Both the position numbers and the translations under genes were made by a program. Below the pieces are notes generated by a model, which saw only the letters and a list, made by a program, of their open reading frames with translations, was not told the DNA's origin and made no database searches. DNA of 64,000 bases, taken from NCBI RefSeq assembly GCF_964204645.1, contig NC_134025.1, positions 19,877,101 to 19,941,100 on the forward strand, written 5' to 3'. Origin of the DNA: Tubulanus polymorphus (taxonomy: Eukaryota; Animalia; Nemertea). Below are positions 39,331 to 52,606 of this stretch, piece by piece; the first letter of the stretch is position 1, and the number at the start of each line of letters is the position of its first letter.

Positions 39331-42212
39331 TAAAAATTGAAATTTTCCCGATTTAACTTTCGTGAAAAACGCAGAAAACATTTTTATGAGACCCTATTTC
39401 AAAATTCTGCTCGCTACGATTCCGAGAATGGATTACGCTTAAATACGTGATTTGTTCGAATATGCCCTCACTTGGCAAGCAAAAGAGCCTTTTGTGTGGA
39501 AACCATGTCATTTAAATTCCCTCCATTGGTATAGTAATAGGCTCAGCCTACGGCTGGCCTAAAAATGATTGAAAAATGCGGATTACGAGGAACTAAAAAT
39601 GGCCACCAGTCAGCAATCTTGATTCTGACCAGGACAATTTTTGAGCTTAAGATGTGTCTAGGGTAGATTACACATAGCATTGCCTCAAATAGATATGAAA
39701 TTGCTAGAATAGACGATCAACAATTGGCTACCACAAATTTTGAATACATAGCGCAATAACTTATACGACGATTCCAAAGTCTATTGCCGTGTCATTGGGA
39801 AAAATAGTGTCTAGATGATTCATACCCTATATCAATGCTCCAACCTATCTGTTTTGGATTTTCTAATAATGGCCAGATACTTATTTTATGCAAAATACCC
39901 CCTCTGCATTAGTGATTGCTGCAGATTTTATCACTTTTAAAAGAAATGCTGCTTATTCTACAAGAAAAAGGAAGACCAGATGAACAAATAAAACAAATTT
40001 GATGATGTCTCTTTTAGTTTTAGTTTTATGACTCAGTGAAAAACACCGAAATCCTGGCAAAGCGCAGCATTTCCTGAAAAATAGGCCTGGCAGGCAAAGA
40101 GTAGCCTACTGTATTTATTGAACAGTATGGGCTGATCACGCTTTTTCTTATTCGAATAAACTTACTCAAGACCCATAAATCGAAACTACCTATAGATCAA
40201 CTGATTTTCTTTCTTTTAACAAAACTTTCTAGGCCTAGTAAGAATTAAACGTGTCACTCCAAGTCCGTGAAAACAAAGCTCAAGCTACACTGGCATAAAT
40301 ATACCGCCAATATGAAACATGAGATTTACCTGTTAAACTTTCATATTTCACTCATCAAACTTTCATTTCTTAATTCGTCAAACTTTCATTTTGTATCTGT
40401 CAAAACTAAACATCAAATTTACCTGTCAATTCTAAATGCTCGTCAAAACATCCTATTTGACGGGTAGCCTATATCTAGGCCATATCAAGCATCGTACCAA
40501 CCAATATCTAACATACATGAAAGATATTTTTGACAATTGCATCCATGTTTTGAATTTAAAAATTGTGCAAGTTTTCGATTGTTTAATGAGTCATATTAGG
40601 AAGGAATTACTAACCAACATTAATGTGATAACCCAAAAAATAAGTGATTCATCAAATATTTTGTGTTATGAAATACTCTTACGGGTTTTATTCAAGTAAT
40701 CGGCCGAGATAAATGACTTGGGAATTCCAATTACAAAATCAAATTGACCTTAAAAGCAATATATAGACCAGATTAGTCTCAAATTCCTCAATTATTCTCT
40801 GCTGAACAACAGAGGTAAGTTGATTAATCTTTTTCATGCATTGAGCTTGACCACGACTGACATTTATTTAACATAGGCATATAAGTTTTCTTAACCTTAA
40901 TAATGATAATAACAAATGATAATCAAATTCTATTGTTACAATTGTTATTATCATCCAATGCCTTGATACGGAGATTGATTGTCAACATTGACAGAATGAC
41001 TGCCTCACTAAGGTCTGAATGATATATCATATGACTAACTACAGGATAGCAGCCTAGACAATATGAACTGTTCGCAATGTACTTGCTTGGACAGTATGGA
41101 GTCTTACTCATTCTTGAATTGAATTGTAAACCGCTTTGGGTTAATTTGCAATAGTACAGTACTATACAGGCCTACGCTGTATATTTACATACGGCAAAAG
41201 CTTAGGCCTATATACCACACTAATGCTAACAGATTCAAAACAAATTTTTAATAAAATGACAAGTAACCAACTAACCTTATATAAACGAAAGTTATCAAAA
41301 TAAAAACATGGCTTACATTGAGTGAAATATGCCCTACAATTACTATGTATAACCAGCGCGTTAGTACTTCTTAATAGCCTAATGGTTCTAGAACCCCTAA
41401 GTGGGTCAATTATAACAGAATTATTTACTGAGTAAAGGAATTCTATTCAGGGGTTTGATATCTTGTTTTTTTTATAGGTAAGGCCAGTTTATATGGGTCT
41501 TAAAGTTTGAATTCGTATCACAAAGCACAGGCTTGAATAGCAGATTATGGTCAAGGCTAAACAAAATAATTTATTGTCTACAGGGCAGGCAAATCCCTGA
41601 TCATGTAAAACTGCCTAATCCAACCCAATAGCCTACTTTGACAGGTTTATGCCTGGCCGCCCAAAACAATGAACAATTTTAAATATTACAACAGCATGTC
41701 GCCTACCACAAATTCTTTAGCACTACCCGTGCTTCATCACAGGACAGGGCATAACCAGCATATGAACTGTCTACTTTGTTTCAAACGTATAGATATCGGA
41801 TGTAATAACTCAGTCATCTGAGTGAGACATATTGATGTTTTCAGTTCATAGGCATGGAATGAGGTCTGAGGCTATCATTCAAATCGAGGGATATTTTAGT
41901 AAATGGCTGAACTTTTCTGTCGACGATCTTTCAACACAGCAGATATGGATACAAAAATCTTAATAGGGCTACAGCGGCCCGACCATTATCATCAGTTGGA
42001 ATAGGCCAGGGTGCCTATTTCAGGCCTATGTAGTCAATAGGCCTACAACCCGTCTGGTTGTTTTACGATCTCTAATACTTCCATTTAAGTTAGACAGTTA
42101 TTCTAATTGACACACAAATTGAAATTTTGAGTTGCTCTCTTAAGCCCATCCAACCACTAAATCAGGGGCCTATGATGATATAGCCTACCATACAGCAAAT
42201 ACTCCAAAAAGT

Positions 42213-42401
42213 TAGTTGTCGAATAAACACCATAATCCGTGTATACTGTAGATAAATGAAGAAATCCCACACTTCGAATTTAAAATCATACGATCATACC
42301 ACCTGATGATGGCTGTTAGTCAACAGCCGAAACGTTGTGGTTTCATAACAACAAATTTGATCATATAATTTTAAATTCGAAGTGTGGGATTTCTTCATTT
42401 A
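42213..42401 (+). mobile_element. Truncated Penelope-like insertion
   Basis: 12-bp direct repeat ACTCCAAAAAGT (42201, 42402); 44-bp inverted repeat (42253-96 vs 42358-401) around a hammerhead core. Confidence 0.72.
42298..42341 (+). ncRNA. Minimal type I hammerhead ribozyme
   Basis: ACCAC-CUGAUGA-U-GGCUGUU(AGUC)AACAGCC-GAAAC-GUU-GUGGU: stem I, catalytic core, 7-bp stem II and palindromic ACGU stem III. Confidence 0.8.
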
Positions 42402-42602
42402 ACTCCAAAAAGTGATAGTTTCAAAAAATCAACATTGAGAGTCCATGTGGATGGCTGACCTAATATTTTAAGCCCATGATTCTCTCATTTTCTAGACATT
42501 TTTGGGCCAATTCCATGACTTTTATTCAACAACTTATCATATTAGCCAGAGGTCAGTCCATCATTAACTCAAAGGCATATCACATTTCTGAATTACCAAC
42601 TA

Positions 42603-43501
42603 CACAGGGGCTCGTATCAGAGTTGTAGGTAATGTAAAAACGATAATCTGTTAATCCAATGTATATAGTATATATATAAAATAACAAGGGGGCTAACGAC
42701 GCTCACAAACTACTCGAAACTTCAGTTGCTTACTGCTTCGTTATTTCTCATCCAATTTCGATAATCCAGGCATGATATGAAAGGTAATGATGTAAAATCG
42801 GAAAATTTGCGTTTGCAAAGCTGGAAAATCCTATGGATTAACAAAACAACCGCAATATTCAGAAAATAGATGTTTTGCGCATTTGAAGCCCTCGATCATC
42901 AAAATCGGTGAAGGATTTCGCGTCGAACTCAACGTTTTAAAATTTGAAACCGGCCACATAGCATTTTCAGTCCAGGCAATTTCGGCCCTAATTTCGCATT
43001 CGAAGACATATAATTCACAAACTATTCATTGGAAGTTAACGAGATTATTTTCGTTAAAAGCAGCAAGCTATTAGCTTTCATATCATGCCTGGATTATCAA
43101 AATTGGATAAGAAATAACGAAGAAGTAAGCGACTTAAATTGAGTAGTGTGTGAGCGTCATTAGCCCCCTTGTTAGGCCTATTTCATATACAGGCCTACTA
43201 GACATTGGATCAACAGTAACTGATTACAATAAAACATCGCAGATTTCGGGACCGGCTCCTGTAAGGAGAAATGTCTTGTCAAGTTACCAGAGCAGATTAT
43301 GACCAAGGAGCGAGAGAAAATATGATTGCTGTAATGTTATTATTTGCATATCGTTTTGAAAACCTTGACAAATAAGGCAATATCAAACTACTAATATGCC
43401 AGTTGAGCATCATTTTTCACGTTTTTCTACAACGGGATATTGTGCCCCTGGATCTGCTTATCGTTTTTACATTACTTACAACTCTGATACAAGCCCCTGT
43501 G
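42603..43501. mobile_element. CACAGGGG-terminus foldback MITE
   Basis: ~44-bp TIRs plus an internal inverted repeat (~42655-42785 vs ~43075-43212); flanks ACCAACTA / ACCAAGTA. Confidence 0.8.
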
Positions 43502-44188
43502 ACCAAGTAGGCCTAGGCCTAGTAGGTGAGTGCCCAAAAAATCATTCCCAGACAGCATGCAGACAAAATAACTTAGAGAGGAAGACATTTTTTAGTGCTA
43601 AACTTTTTTTTGGCAGTGGGTATTTTACCGTATATGGCTGAGTATTTATTTACGCTATTTTACCGTACATCGTCGCTGATTGGCTGATTTACGAGGGGTG
43701 TGCGACTTAGAAAATTCAAGGACAGTGTGGAGAACAGAGTTAGAGAAAATAGAGCGGATAGCGCAGGAATCAAACTCAGGCCAGCAAATTACTAGCGCAG
43801 CGTCATACCACTAGACCATCGAGCTCGCTGGGAAGCAGTCGAATGTTTTAACTATCTATATTACCTCACCTTACCCTTATCCTATCCCTAGAGGTAAAAC
43901 GGAACCCTCTTCTCACCCTCTCGACACTAACCCTATCGAACCCCTAACCCTAAACCCAATATAATGATTTCATTGTTACTTATTATGGAAGCCCTGAGAC
44001 AACACCTTGGGCTCATGAGTTCCCCAGTTCATAACTTCCAGAGTTTATGATATTTCGAGTTTATTTGAGCATGTACAACACTATGAAATTACGCGACATG
44101 AAGAATCCTGTTATAAGGATATTAAATCCGTTTATGTCATGAATTAACAACAAAAATGATGTCCCGCATCAACCAAGACTGGTTGACT

Positions 44189-44793
44189 CACAGGGGCTTG
44201 TCACAATTTGATAATGAATGGATGATACCAGTATCCCTGTATAAAAAAAAAGGGAGCTAACTAAATCGACTATCTGTAAATTACCTTCCCAATTAAATCG
44301 ACTGTCATTTCCCGAATTTTCAACCGATTTACACAAAATAAACTCTTATAAAAACTAGAAGACTTACTTTTTTCAATGAGCCTATGACTATCGCTCTACG
44401 ATGAATATTTCACATCGAAATCACCGTTTTCCTAAAAAAAAATCAGCCAAAATAAACCAGCACAGCAAATGATTCGACGCGATTTACAGGCGAGTGCGCG
44501 CATTAAACTGAGGAGATCTTGTCCGTTTCAGGCATTAAACACCACAAACCATACATCAAACGACGCACAACAGTCTTATCTTTCAAGTCGATGGTGATTC
44601 CACGATATTTTTAAACATTTGGAGGCGTTACGAGCACAAATTCTCAAATTGTAAATCGGTTGAAAATTCGGGAAATGACAGTCGATTGAATTGGGAAGGT
44701 AATTTACAGATAGTCGATTAAGTTAGCTCCCTTTTTTTTATACAGGGATACTGGTATCATCCATTAATTATCAAATTGTGACAAGCCCCTGTG
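44189..44793. mobile_element. CACAGGGG-terminus foldback MITE
   Basis: ~145-bp inverted arms; shares the AGGGAGCTAAC motif with the 51262 element; no clear TSD. Confidence 0.82.
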
Positions 44794-46819
44794 TCCAATT
44801 CTGCACTGGCAGTCAACTGAAGTCGACCGGCAACCAGTCTATCATCAGCCATCTGCTTTCTTGATGGTTTATAGAAAATAAATAGATGTTTAAAAATCTA
44901 TAATAACGAGCGTTTGTTATCTTTTTCATCATTAAAACCCGAGCAGACACATCGAGAGTCACCCACCAGTTATTCGGAGTCACCCTCTTCACTAGCCCGC
45001 GCACCGAAAATCGGAGCCACCCGAGGTACCTGCTAGAGGAGGAATGGAGGCGCCCTTCAACATGCCATTAATCGCTGGTTATTCAGTTTCGTCTGAGCCT
45101 GAGACGTGGGTCTTTGATAGAGCATCGTGTTTACATTTGACGTTTCGGTATCGCAGGCTTTTTGTCATTAGACGAACTCATGAACTTGAGAACTCAGGAA
45201 GTTATGAACTCGGAACTCATGAACTCAAGATGTCGTCTCAGGGCTTCCATAACTTATAGTAAAAACTATGTAATAATGTACGGTAAAAAAGCGGAAGTAA
45301 ATACTTTTCCGTATACGGTTAAATATCCACTTCGTTTTTTTTAGCCTATAAATTAAGTTTCTTCGCTTAGTCCTAATTTTTTACACAACACGTACGCGGC
45401 GTTAGACCGTTGATTCTTTAATTCGTTGTACAAAATGAAGGTAGTACATGTACTTACAATTCGAGCGCACAAGAAGTCACGTTATCGAAATCCCGCGATC
45501 TAGCGATTGTAATCTCTCATGCAACACACGCACGCCGCCGCGCGTAAACTGTCAAAAATTATGTTATAACCGCAGCGCAACAGACGTGTTCTGTGTTCAC
45601 CGCGAGTGCCCGAACTATGCGACCGAAACGATGATAGATTGAAACTCTAGCCACAGTAATGAATCGTTAACTATTGTGTTGCTAATATTTACGGTATGGA
45701 TTTGATTAAATTTTCACGCCTGTTGGATGGATATTTTATGTATAGAAGTTCGTTTGAAAAGAAAATAATGATCCACCGGGTTTAGGTTTTATGATGTGTG
45801 GGAGGATTGCGCAATACATGGCGCTGCAATATTTGTAGACTGGTTGCCGGTCTCTACCTTCAGTTAGACAGTTCAGTTAGACTACTCCAGACTCATCTTT
45901 GTCACAACCCAAGTGGCAATCACCCCGTATTCAAACTATTATAAATTGAAGATTTCAAAGGTGGGCACGATGATTTGTTCAAATCATCGTTCTCTCCAGG
46001 AAAAGAAGAAAAATAATTCATATGAAGTAGAAGATTAAGAAATTAGAAATTATGTAAACGGAAGCCAAATCATTCATTACGAGCGGGTGGATCCGATTGT
46101 TTTTTGAATTTTTGCTACGCTGGGTGGCCCCGCAACCGCCAATTCGTTCGTTGGAATTAATACAATTTATATCTCCCAGTTATGATGTGATTGGGATTTT
46201 GAAAAATCAATCTTCTGAGAATAGAATGGTACCGGTATTAGTAGTACGTATTTATAGTTTAGTATCACGTAGTAAAGACTGCTTAGAGGGTGGATGATAT
46301 CCTCGTTAGTAAGCCTGTACCATGAAGTTCCTTATTGGCTTATCATAAAGCCGTTCTTCTAAATAATCCAGACGGTAAATATGGACCGAACCTCAACTGC
46401 ATATTAAAACACAACAAGGTGACAACTGCAGTCCTTGGTATGCCGATGTGATGAATAAATTCGACGATCATACAAACATTTCGGGGACAAAAATCAGCGG
46501 TCACATAATTTCCTAGAATTGGCATTTAAGTCCAACTTTCCCTAAGTTGAATAGCTCACAGACTTGGAATCATACCGAAAATAGCAATAGTGGAATTTAT
46601 TCCTATTTCACTCGGAATAAAACGAGGAAAGATTTTGGCGTACGATGGCGATCAAGATAACTTTTGAAATCTAAGATAGTTGATTCCTAGTCTTAGTTTC
46701 GTCAAGCGACTCCCTTTTGTTAAAATGTAATCATTCCTAGCTCACAAACGGTATAAACCTCGAAAATCACTAACTATAATGATTCTAGATCTCGAGTCGG
46801 AAGTTACCAATAATCCCTT

Positions 46820-48120
46820 AATGTGAAATTAAACTACTGATGTCCAGCTCAGAGACTCTAAATTTACACAAACACTCGTGAGAAAAGGGCGATGATTAAC
46901 TCAGAAACTCAGAATGTACCTAACAAAATCACTTTTGAAATTAAAAGGGCAATGATTTCAGCTCACAGTAACTCGGAATTTACCTAGAAAGTCAGTTGGG
47001 AAATTTAAAAAAGATGATTTCAGCTCAGAAACTCAGAATTTACCTAAATCACTTGTGAAATGCGAGGATTTCACTTCAGAAATGTAGCGTTGTGACATCG
47101 CTCTCTTGAAAAGAATCCATTGTTGTTCTGGTGAGTTGTGTGTGATCCCAGTTGTCACTGCGAAATTAAAAGGGCGATGATTTCGGCTCAGTAACTCGGA
47201 ATTTACCTAAAAGTCGCTTGCAAAATTAAAAGGGCGATCATTTCGGCTCAGAAACTAGGAATTTACCTACAAAATCGCTTGCGAAATTAAAAGGGCGATG
47301 ATTTCGGCTCAGAAACTCGGAATTTACCTAAAAAGTCGTTTGCGGAATTAAAAGGGCGATGATATTAGGTCAGAAACTCGGAATTTACCTAAAAAGTCAC
47401 TTGCGAAATTAAAAGGGCGATGATTTCAGGTCAGAAACTCGGAATTTACCTACAGAATCACTTGCGAAATGAAAAGGGCGATAATTTCGGCTCAGAAACT
47501 CGTAATTTACCTACAGAATCACTTGCGAAATGAAAAGGGCGATAATTTCGGCTCAGAAACTCGGAATTTACCTAAAAGTCGCTTGCGAAATTAAAAGGGC
47601 GACAATTTCGGCTCAGAAACTAGGAATTTACCTAAAAAGTCGCTTGCGAAATTATAAGGGCGATCATTTCGGCTCAGAAACAAGGAATTTACCTAAAAAG
47701 TCGCTTGCGAAATTAAAAGGGCGATCATTTCGGCTCAGAAACTCGAAATTTACCTAAAAAGTTGCTTAAGAAATTAAAAGGGCGATGATTTCGGCTCAGA
47801 AACTCGGAATTTACCTAAAAAGTCGCTTCCGAGATTAAAAGAGCGATCATTTCAGCTCAGAAACTCGAAATTAACCTACAAAATCACTTGCGAAATTAAA
47901 AGGGCGATGATTTCAGGTCAGAAACTCGGAATTTACCTAAAAAGTCACTTGCGGAATTAAAAAGGCGATGATTTCAGGTCAGAAACTCGGAATTTACCTA
48001 AAAAGTCACTTGCGAAATTAAAAGGGCGATGATTTCAGCTCAGAAACTCGGAAAATACCTAAAAAGTGACTTGCGGAAATAAAAGGGCGATGATTTCAAC
48101 TCAGAAACAAGGAATTTACG
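46820..48120. repeat. ~61-bp minisatellite, about 16 conserved plus several degenerate copies
   Basis: Unit CTTGCGAAATTAAAAGGGCGATGATTTCGGCTCAGAAACTCGGAATTTACCTAAAAAGTCG. Confidence 0.95.
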
Positions 48121-51100
48121 TAGTCGGATACTCGCTTATATCACGATCACATTTATATCACATGAATACTGATGGTCCAGAATTTTCTCCTCTATTCTCC
48201 TTTCTGTTCCGACCCTTTTTTCTGGCTGTAAATCGATGATACATGTCAACAGTCGTTATTCTAGTTGTGAGAGTATATTGGAAAAATTGAACCCGAAATA
48301 TTTCAGTGTTTTTAATCATTCTTGTAGATATAGATTCAATTTTTCCGTTTACAGAAATTAATTGGAAGTCGTATAGTTTTTGGAAACGGCTGGAAATCGG
48401 AATTTTTCGAAGTCGAAGGATTTGTCTTGGTCCCAAAAGATCCAACTTACGCAAGGCTTTTAAACTTCGGATAAACCGTCGAAATCACTTTTAAATTTTA
48501 AAACTAGTTATTCATAGCTCAGGAAGTCGGAAGAAACCCCACTTCATCTCTCCTTACAGATTCGGCACTGGAAATTATTTTTTAAAATGTGTTTTAGTTA
48601 CCCCACTAAAAAACGAGTCAATATGTTTAATGGATGGCTGAATTTTTAAATTTTGATGCTATGTATGTTGCGCTCATCTTAATAACTATTCTAAACATTT
48701 AGGCTAAGTAACATCACGATGTGAATGCATTACATGTAATATTATGATTGAAACAATAAAAATAAATTCATGCTTCAAAATATTTCGTATTGGGGCTTAC
48801 GTCGAGTACTTTACTTCAGTAATTATCATTAAATGATATGATAGAATGCTAGAAAAATGTATTTGTAGGGCTGAACAGGCTATTCATATGTTGGGCTCTG
48901 CATCAAAGATCTGGTCTGCAGCAGCGATGTGGGGGCCTCGAGATATTGCATTAGAAGCCTTGGCAGTACATAGGAATCGATCTGCAGTCTGGGCGGACCA
49001 CAATTCGATATTTTTCCTTCTATATATTTGAGATATTTGCCCAAGGGTGTTGTCTTCCAGTCAAAACTATAGATGCATAAACTACTCAACTAAAATGTTG
49101 AACTAAAACCCAATACGATAACGTGAACTTCGGAAATTGATGTCGGGGAATTTAACATATGTAGGCCCTAGTCGTATAAGGAATCAAGTATGCTGCATCG
49201 AATCGATCCTATTCCTTTTCAGCAATGGAAACACAACGCTATGGTCTTATTTGAAAATATCTTTATTGACATGTAAATATGCACAAAATCTGTAGAGATA
49301 TGATTAATTCTCGATGACTACAACATTAATACATATGTGTCAAACCTACGATGGAGAACCGAAACATTTTTTTCTCAACTATTTTTTCATTTTTTGACTG
49401 GTCCCCTGATGTACAACCATGGAGGACTCTTAGTAGAGACATCATGCCATGCAACAGAAATAATCTATTCCCACAATGGTTGTTACGTGGTATGGCAATA
49501 ATGAATATTCCGACACTTTTGATAATTACAGCACAAAATTAATCTTTTACACAAGGGTCATTTTAAACTATGTACGATATACATGTACCTGAGGTTGATA
49601 GAAATTCCTCAAATCGAAAATAACTGAATCTACATAGGGGAATCAATATATACCTTGTAGACAAATGGCCATTTAACATCATTATCAATACATAACATGG
49701 TTTTCATAAAAATTGACTAATACGTAGTAGTGTATTCAAATTTTCAACTCCCCTGGTGTAGAGTATACTCATTAGTCACAGATTTCTACAGGTATATAAC
49801 ATGTGACAGTGCTAATGATTATTGAAAATGAAGAAAATCATACATTGGATAATATAGCAGCAATATTAGACAATTGGTGGTCACCAATTTTAATAGGGGT
49901 AGACCTCTTACCTGCTAATACACCAGGGTCAAGGAAATCAATATAGGTTGGCAGGCTGTATGGTGCCAATGAAAAATTCAAGATGGCAGACATGGCTGTC
50001 ATGTTGGACATATCATCTAGCCGATAGATCACCATTTTCAATATCACCTCTTACCTGTTCCAACTCATACACAAACTTTCAAGAAGATTTATTAAGACTT
50101 ACCGGCTGTAGAGTTCTAACAAACCTTACAGGAGGGTGGTGCAGGAGGGTTAGAGATTATTACAACATTGAACATTTTGAAAGTTCAGATGAGAAACTAA
50201 GCTTCTTTCGCAAGTTATTTTGTACCAATGGAGGCACGTGTCATACATGAGCAAAAATGGACTTCAGTAAAGCAAAAGTCCATAAAAATTATACGATGCC
50301 CCTAGGAAAGGCATCAAGACAACACATCAAAGTGTAATGAAAACGTTAAAAAGAAACCTGATTCCATCTATGGACACTCATAATCCTCAAATGGACAAAA
50401 ATGTTTGAATATTCAATACAAGTTCATACCTGCAAATGCAAATCAATTATACAAATTCACACATGGAATCAAAATTAGAAGAAGTTGCGTTGGCACAACC
50501 ATAGAAGAGAATCTTCAATGACATAACAAAATAGAGAATATTCTTTTTTCAGAGTACATTTTTAAAGGGGTCCAGGAACACTGTACTATGCCTACTCGGA
50601 AAGTGATATGGAATGCCCAAAAATCAGACACTCCATGTCAAGTTTAAATATAGAATGAATGGTGTGAATTTTAGTTAATTAAAGATTTCATATCGATATG
50701 AGCTTACTGTTTTGATCAGTTCAAAAACCTGGTGAAAAAAGGATAAATTCGAGCCTCGACTATTTTTGCACCGGTAGCTGGCGCCATCTAATTAACTAAC
50801 ACATCAGCGTTTCAGTCGTAGCGGAGTTCGGATTTTAGATGCAACTATATTTCAACTTGGGTTGTATTCTCACTTGGGGCGTAACACTCTCACGCTGCTG
50901 GTGGAAGCGAGGGCGGGAGCGATACCGGACCACTGGCAAGCGAGGATGGTTCGGGAGTGATACCGGACCCCTGGCAAGCGAGGATGACTCTGACTGCGAA
51001 TGCAGGTGGCGCAGAATTGGACAGGCGACCAGTCTACAATATTTGGGGAAAACCCAACCCGGTAGTTTTTGTTCATAGTCTCTAGTCTCTGCCTAGTCTC

Positions 51101-51261
51101 TGAGTTCCATGGTGTATGGGTGTACACTCGCCCGGTAAGTTGTCAGAGGTGTATTTATATGTATTAGGCCCGTGCCGTGCTTAAATGAGGGGTAGTTAGT
51201 TAGGCCTACCTAATCGTTGGTTGTAAGCTTTTTATAATCGGATGATGGGCTTATACCACGG

Positions 51262-52403
51262 CACAGGGGCTCGTTACGATAGCTGGGGGTCCAAAATCAA
51301 AGATTTGACCCAGTATCCTAGGTACCACCTATAAAAAAAGAAAAGGGAGCTAACATTTTGACATACAAGAATTGACCTTCTCATTTCAACCCCTCATAAC
51401 TTCGTAACCGATCGACCGATTTACACGAAATTAGATTCGTTTCATTCCTAAGAGGTTACTTTTTCGTTTGAGACCTTCCGCGCCAAAATCGGATAAATCA
51501 CGACTCAAATCCGAAAAAACGGGTCAAAATATCAAAAGCCGGAATAACTAGGATGGCTTGAAGTGCTCAATTTCCGATGAAAAACGATGAGTTGACGCGG
51601 TTCCCGGACGTTAATCTTCACATATCATACATCGCTGGAAAGCTTATGAACTGACCTTATTGAAAGACGCGTGTATTTGACAATGCGTTCCGATACCCGC
51701 GACTGGCGAGCTGATAATCCAGATTGATGCGATAAATACGATTTCCAAGTGTATTCCGGCCGCCATTAACTGCGTGACGTCATGAGAAATCCCAGCATGC
51801 AACGCTAGATAATTGACATATTCAGTCGACCAATCACGTATCGCGAATTTATCAGTCCTCAGAGCCCGTGACGTCACACCCTCAATGGCGGTTCAGTGAC
51901 GCTTAAAGTGCGTATTTATCGGTTCGGTGCGTATTATCACCTCGCTTGTCGCCGGTTTCGGAACGGATTATCAAATAAACGCATTTTTCAATAAGGTCAG
52001 TTCATAAGCTTTCCAGCGATGTATGATATGTGAAGATTAACGTCCGGGAACCGCGTCAACTCATCGTTTTTCGTCGGGAATCGACTACTCCGAGACGTCC
52101 TAGTAATTCCGGCTTTGGCTATTTGGACTCGTTTTTTCGGATTTGAGTCGTGATTTCTCGGGTGTCTCTTATCCGATTTTGTCGCGGAAGGTCTCAAACG
52201 AAAAAGTAACCTCTTAGGAATGAAACGAAACCAATTTCGAGCGAATCGGTCGATGGGTTACGAAGTTATGAGCGATTGAAATGAGAAGGTCAATTCTAGT
52301 ATGTCAAAATGTTAGCTCCCTTTTCTTTTTTTATAGGTGGTACCTAGGATACTGGGTCAAATCTTTGATTTTGGACCCCCAGCTATCGTAACGAGCCCCT
52401 GTG
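51262..52403. mobile_element. CACAGGGG-terminus foldback element with ~400-bp inverted arms
   Basis: Arms ~51262-51660 vs ~51990-52403; flanks gcttataccacgg / gcttataccaacg. Confidence 0.88.
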
Positions 52404-52606
52404 GCTTATACCAACGTAGGGATGACAAGGGGGAAGGGCCAAAACACGGTTGAAAAGAAAAAAGTAACACGGCCCAAGTCCGATATAAGTCGAAATAGTG
52501 CAGCTGGCGCATGTTTATGGCGGTAATTCGGTCATCTTCTTCACCGAATGGTAGACAGGCCGACATAACAGTTTTACAGTAAACACACAAATTGCACGTG
52601 TCTACC

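Noticed and set aside
45458-45650. Non-coding first exon of the Slp-like gene
   Set aside because: Good minus-strand donor (gtaagt) and CpG-rich, but it lies amid repeats and cannot be supported without transcripts.
46820-48120. CRISPR-like array or coding repeat (ORF 47530..47757)
   Set aside because: Units are contiguous near-identical 60-61-mers with no unique spacers, no cas genes, eukaryotic context; frame not maintained.
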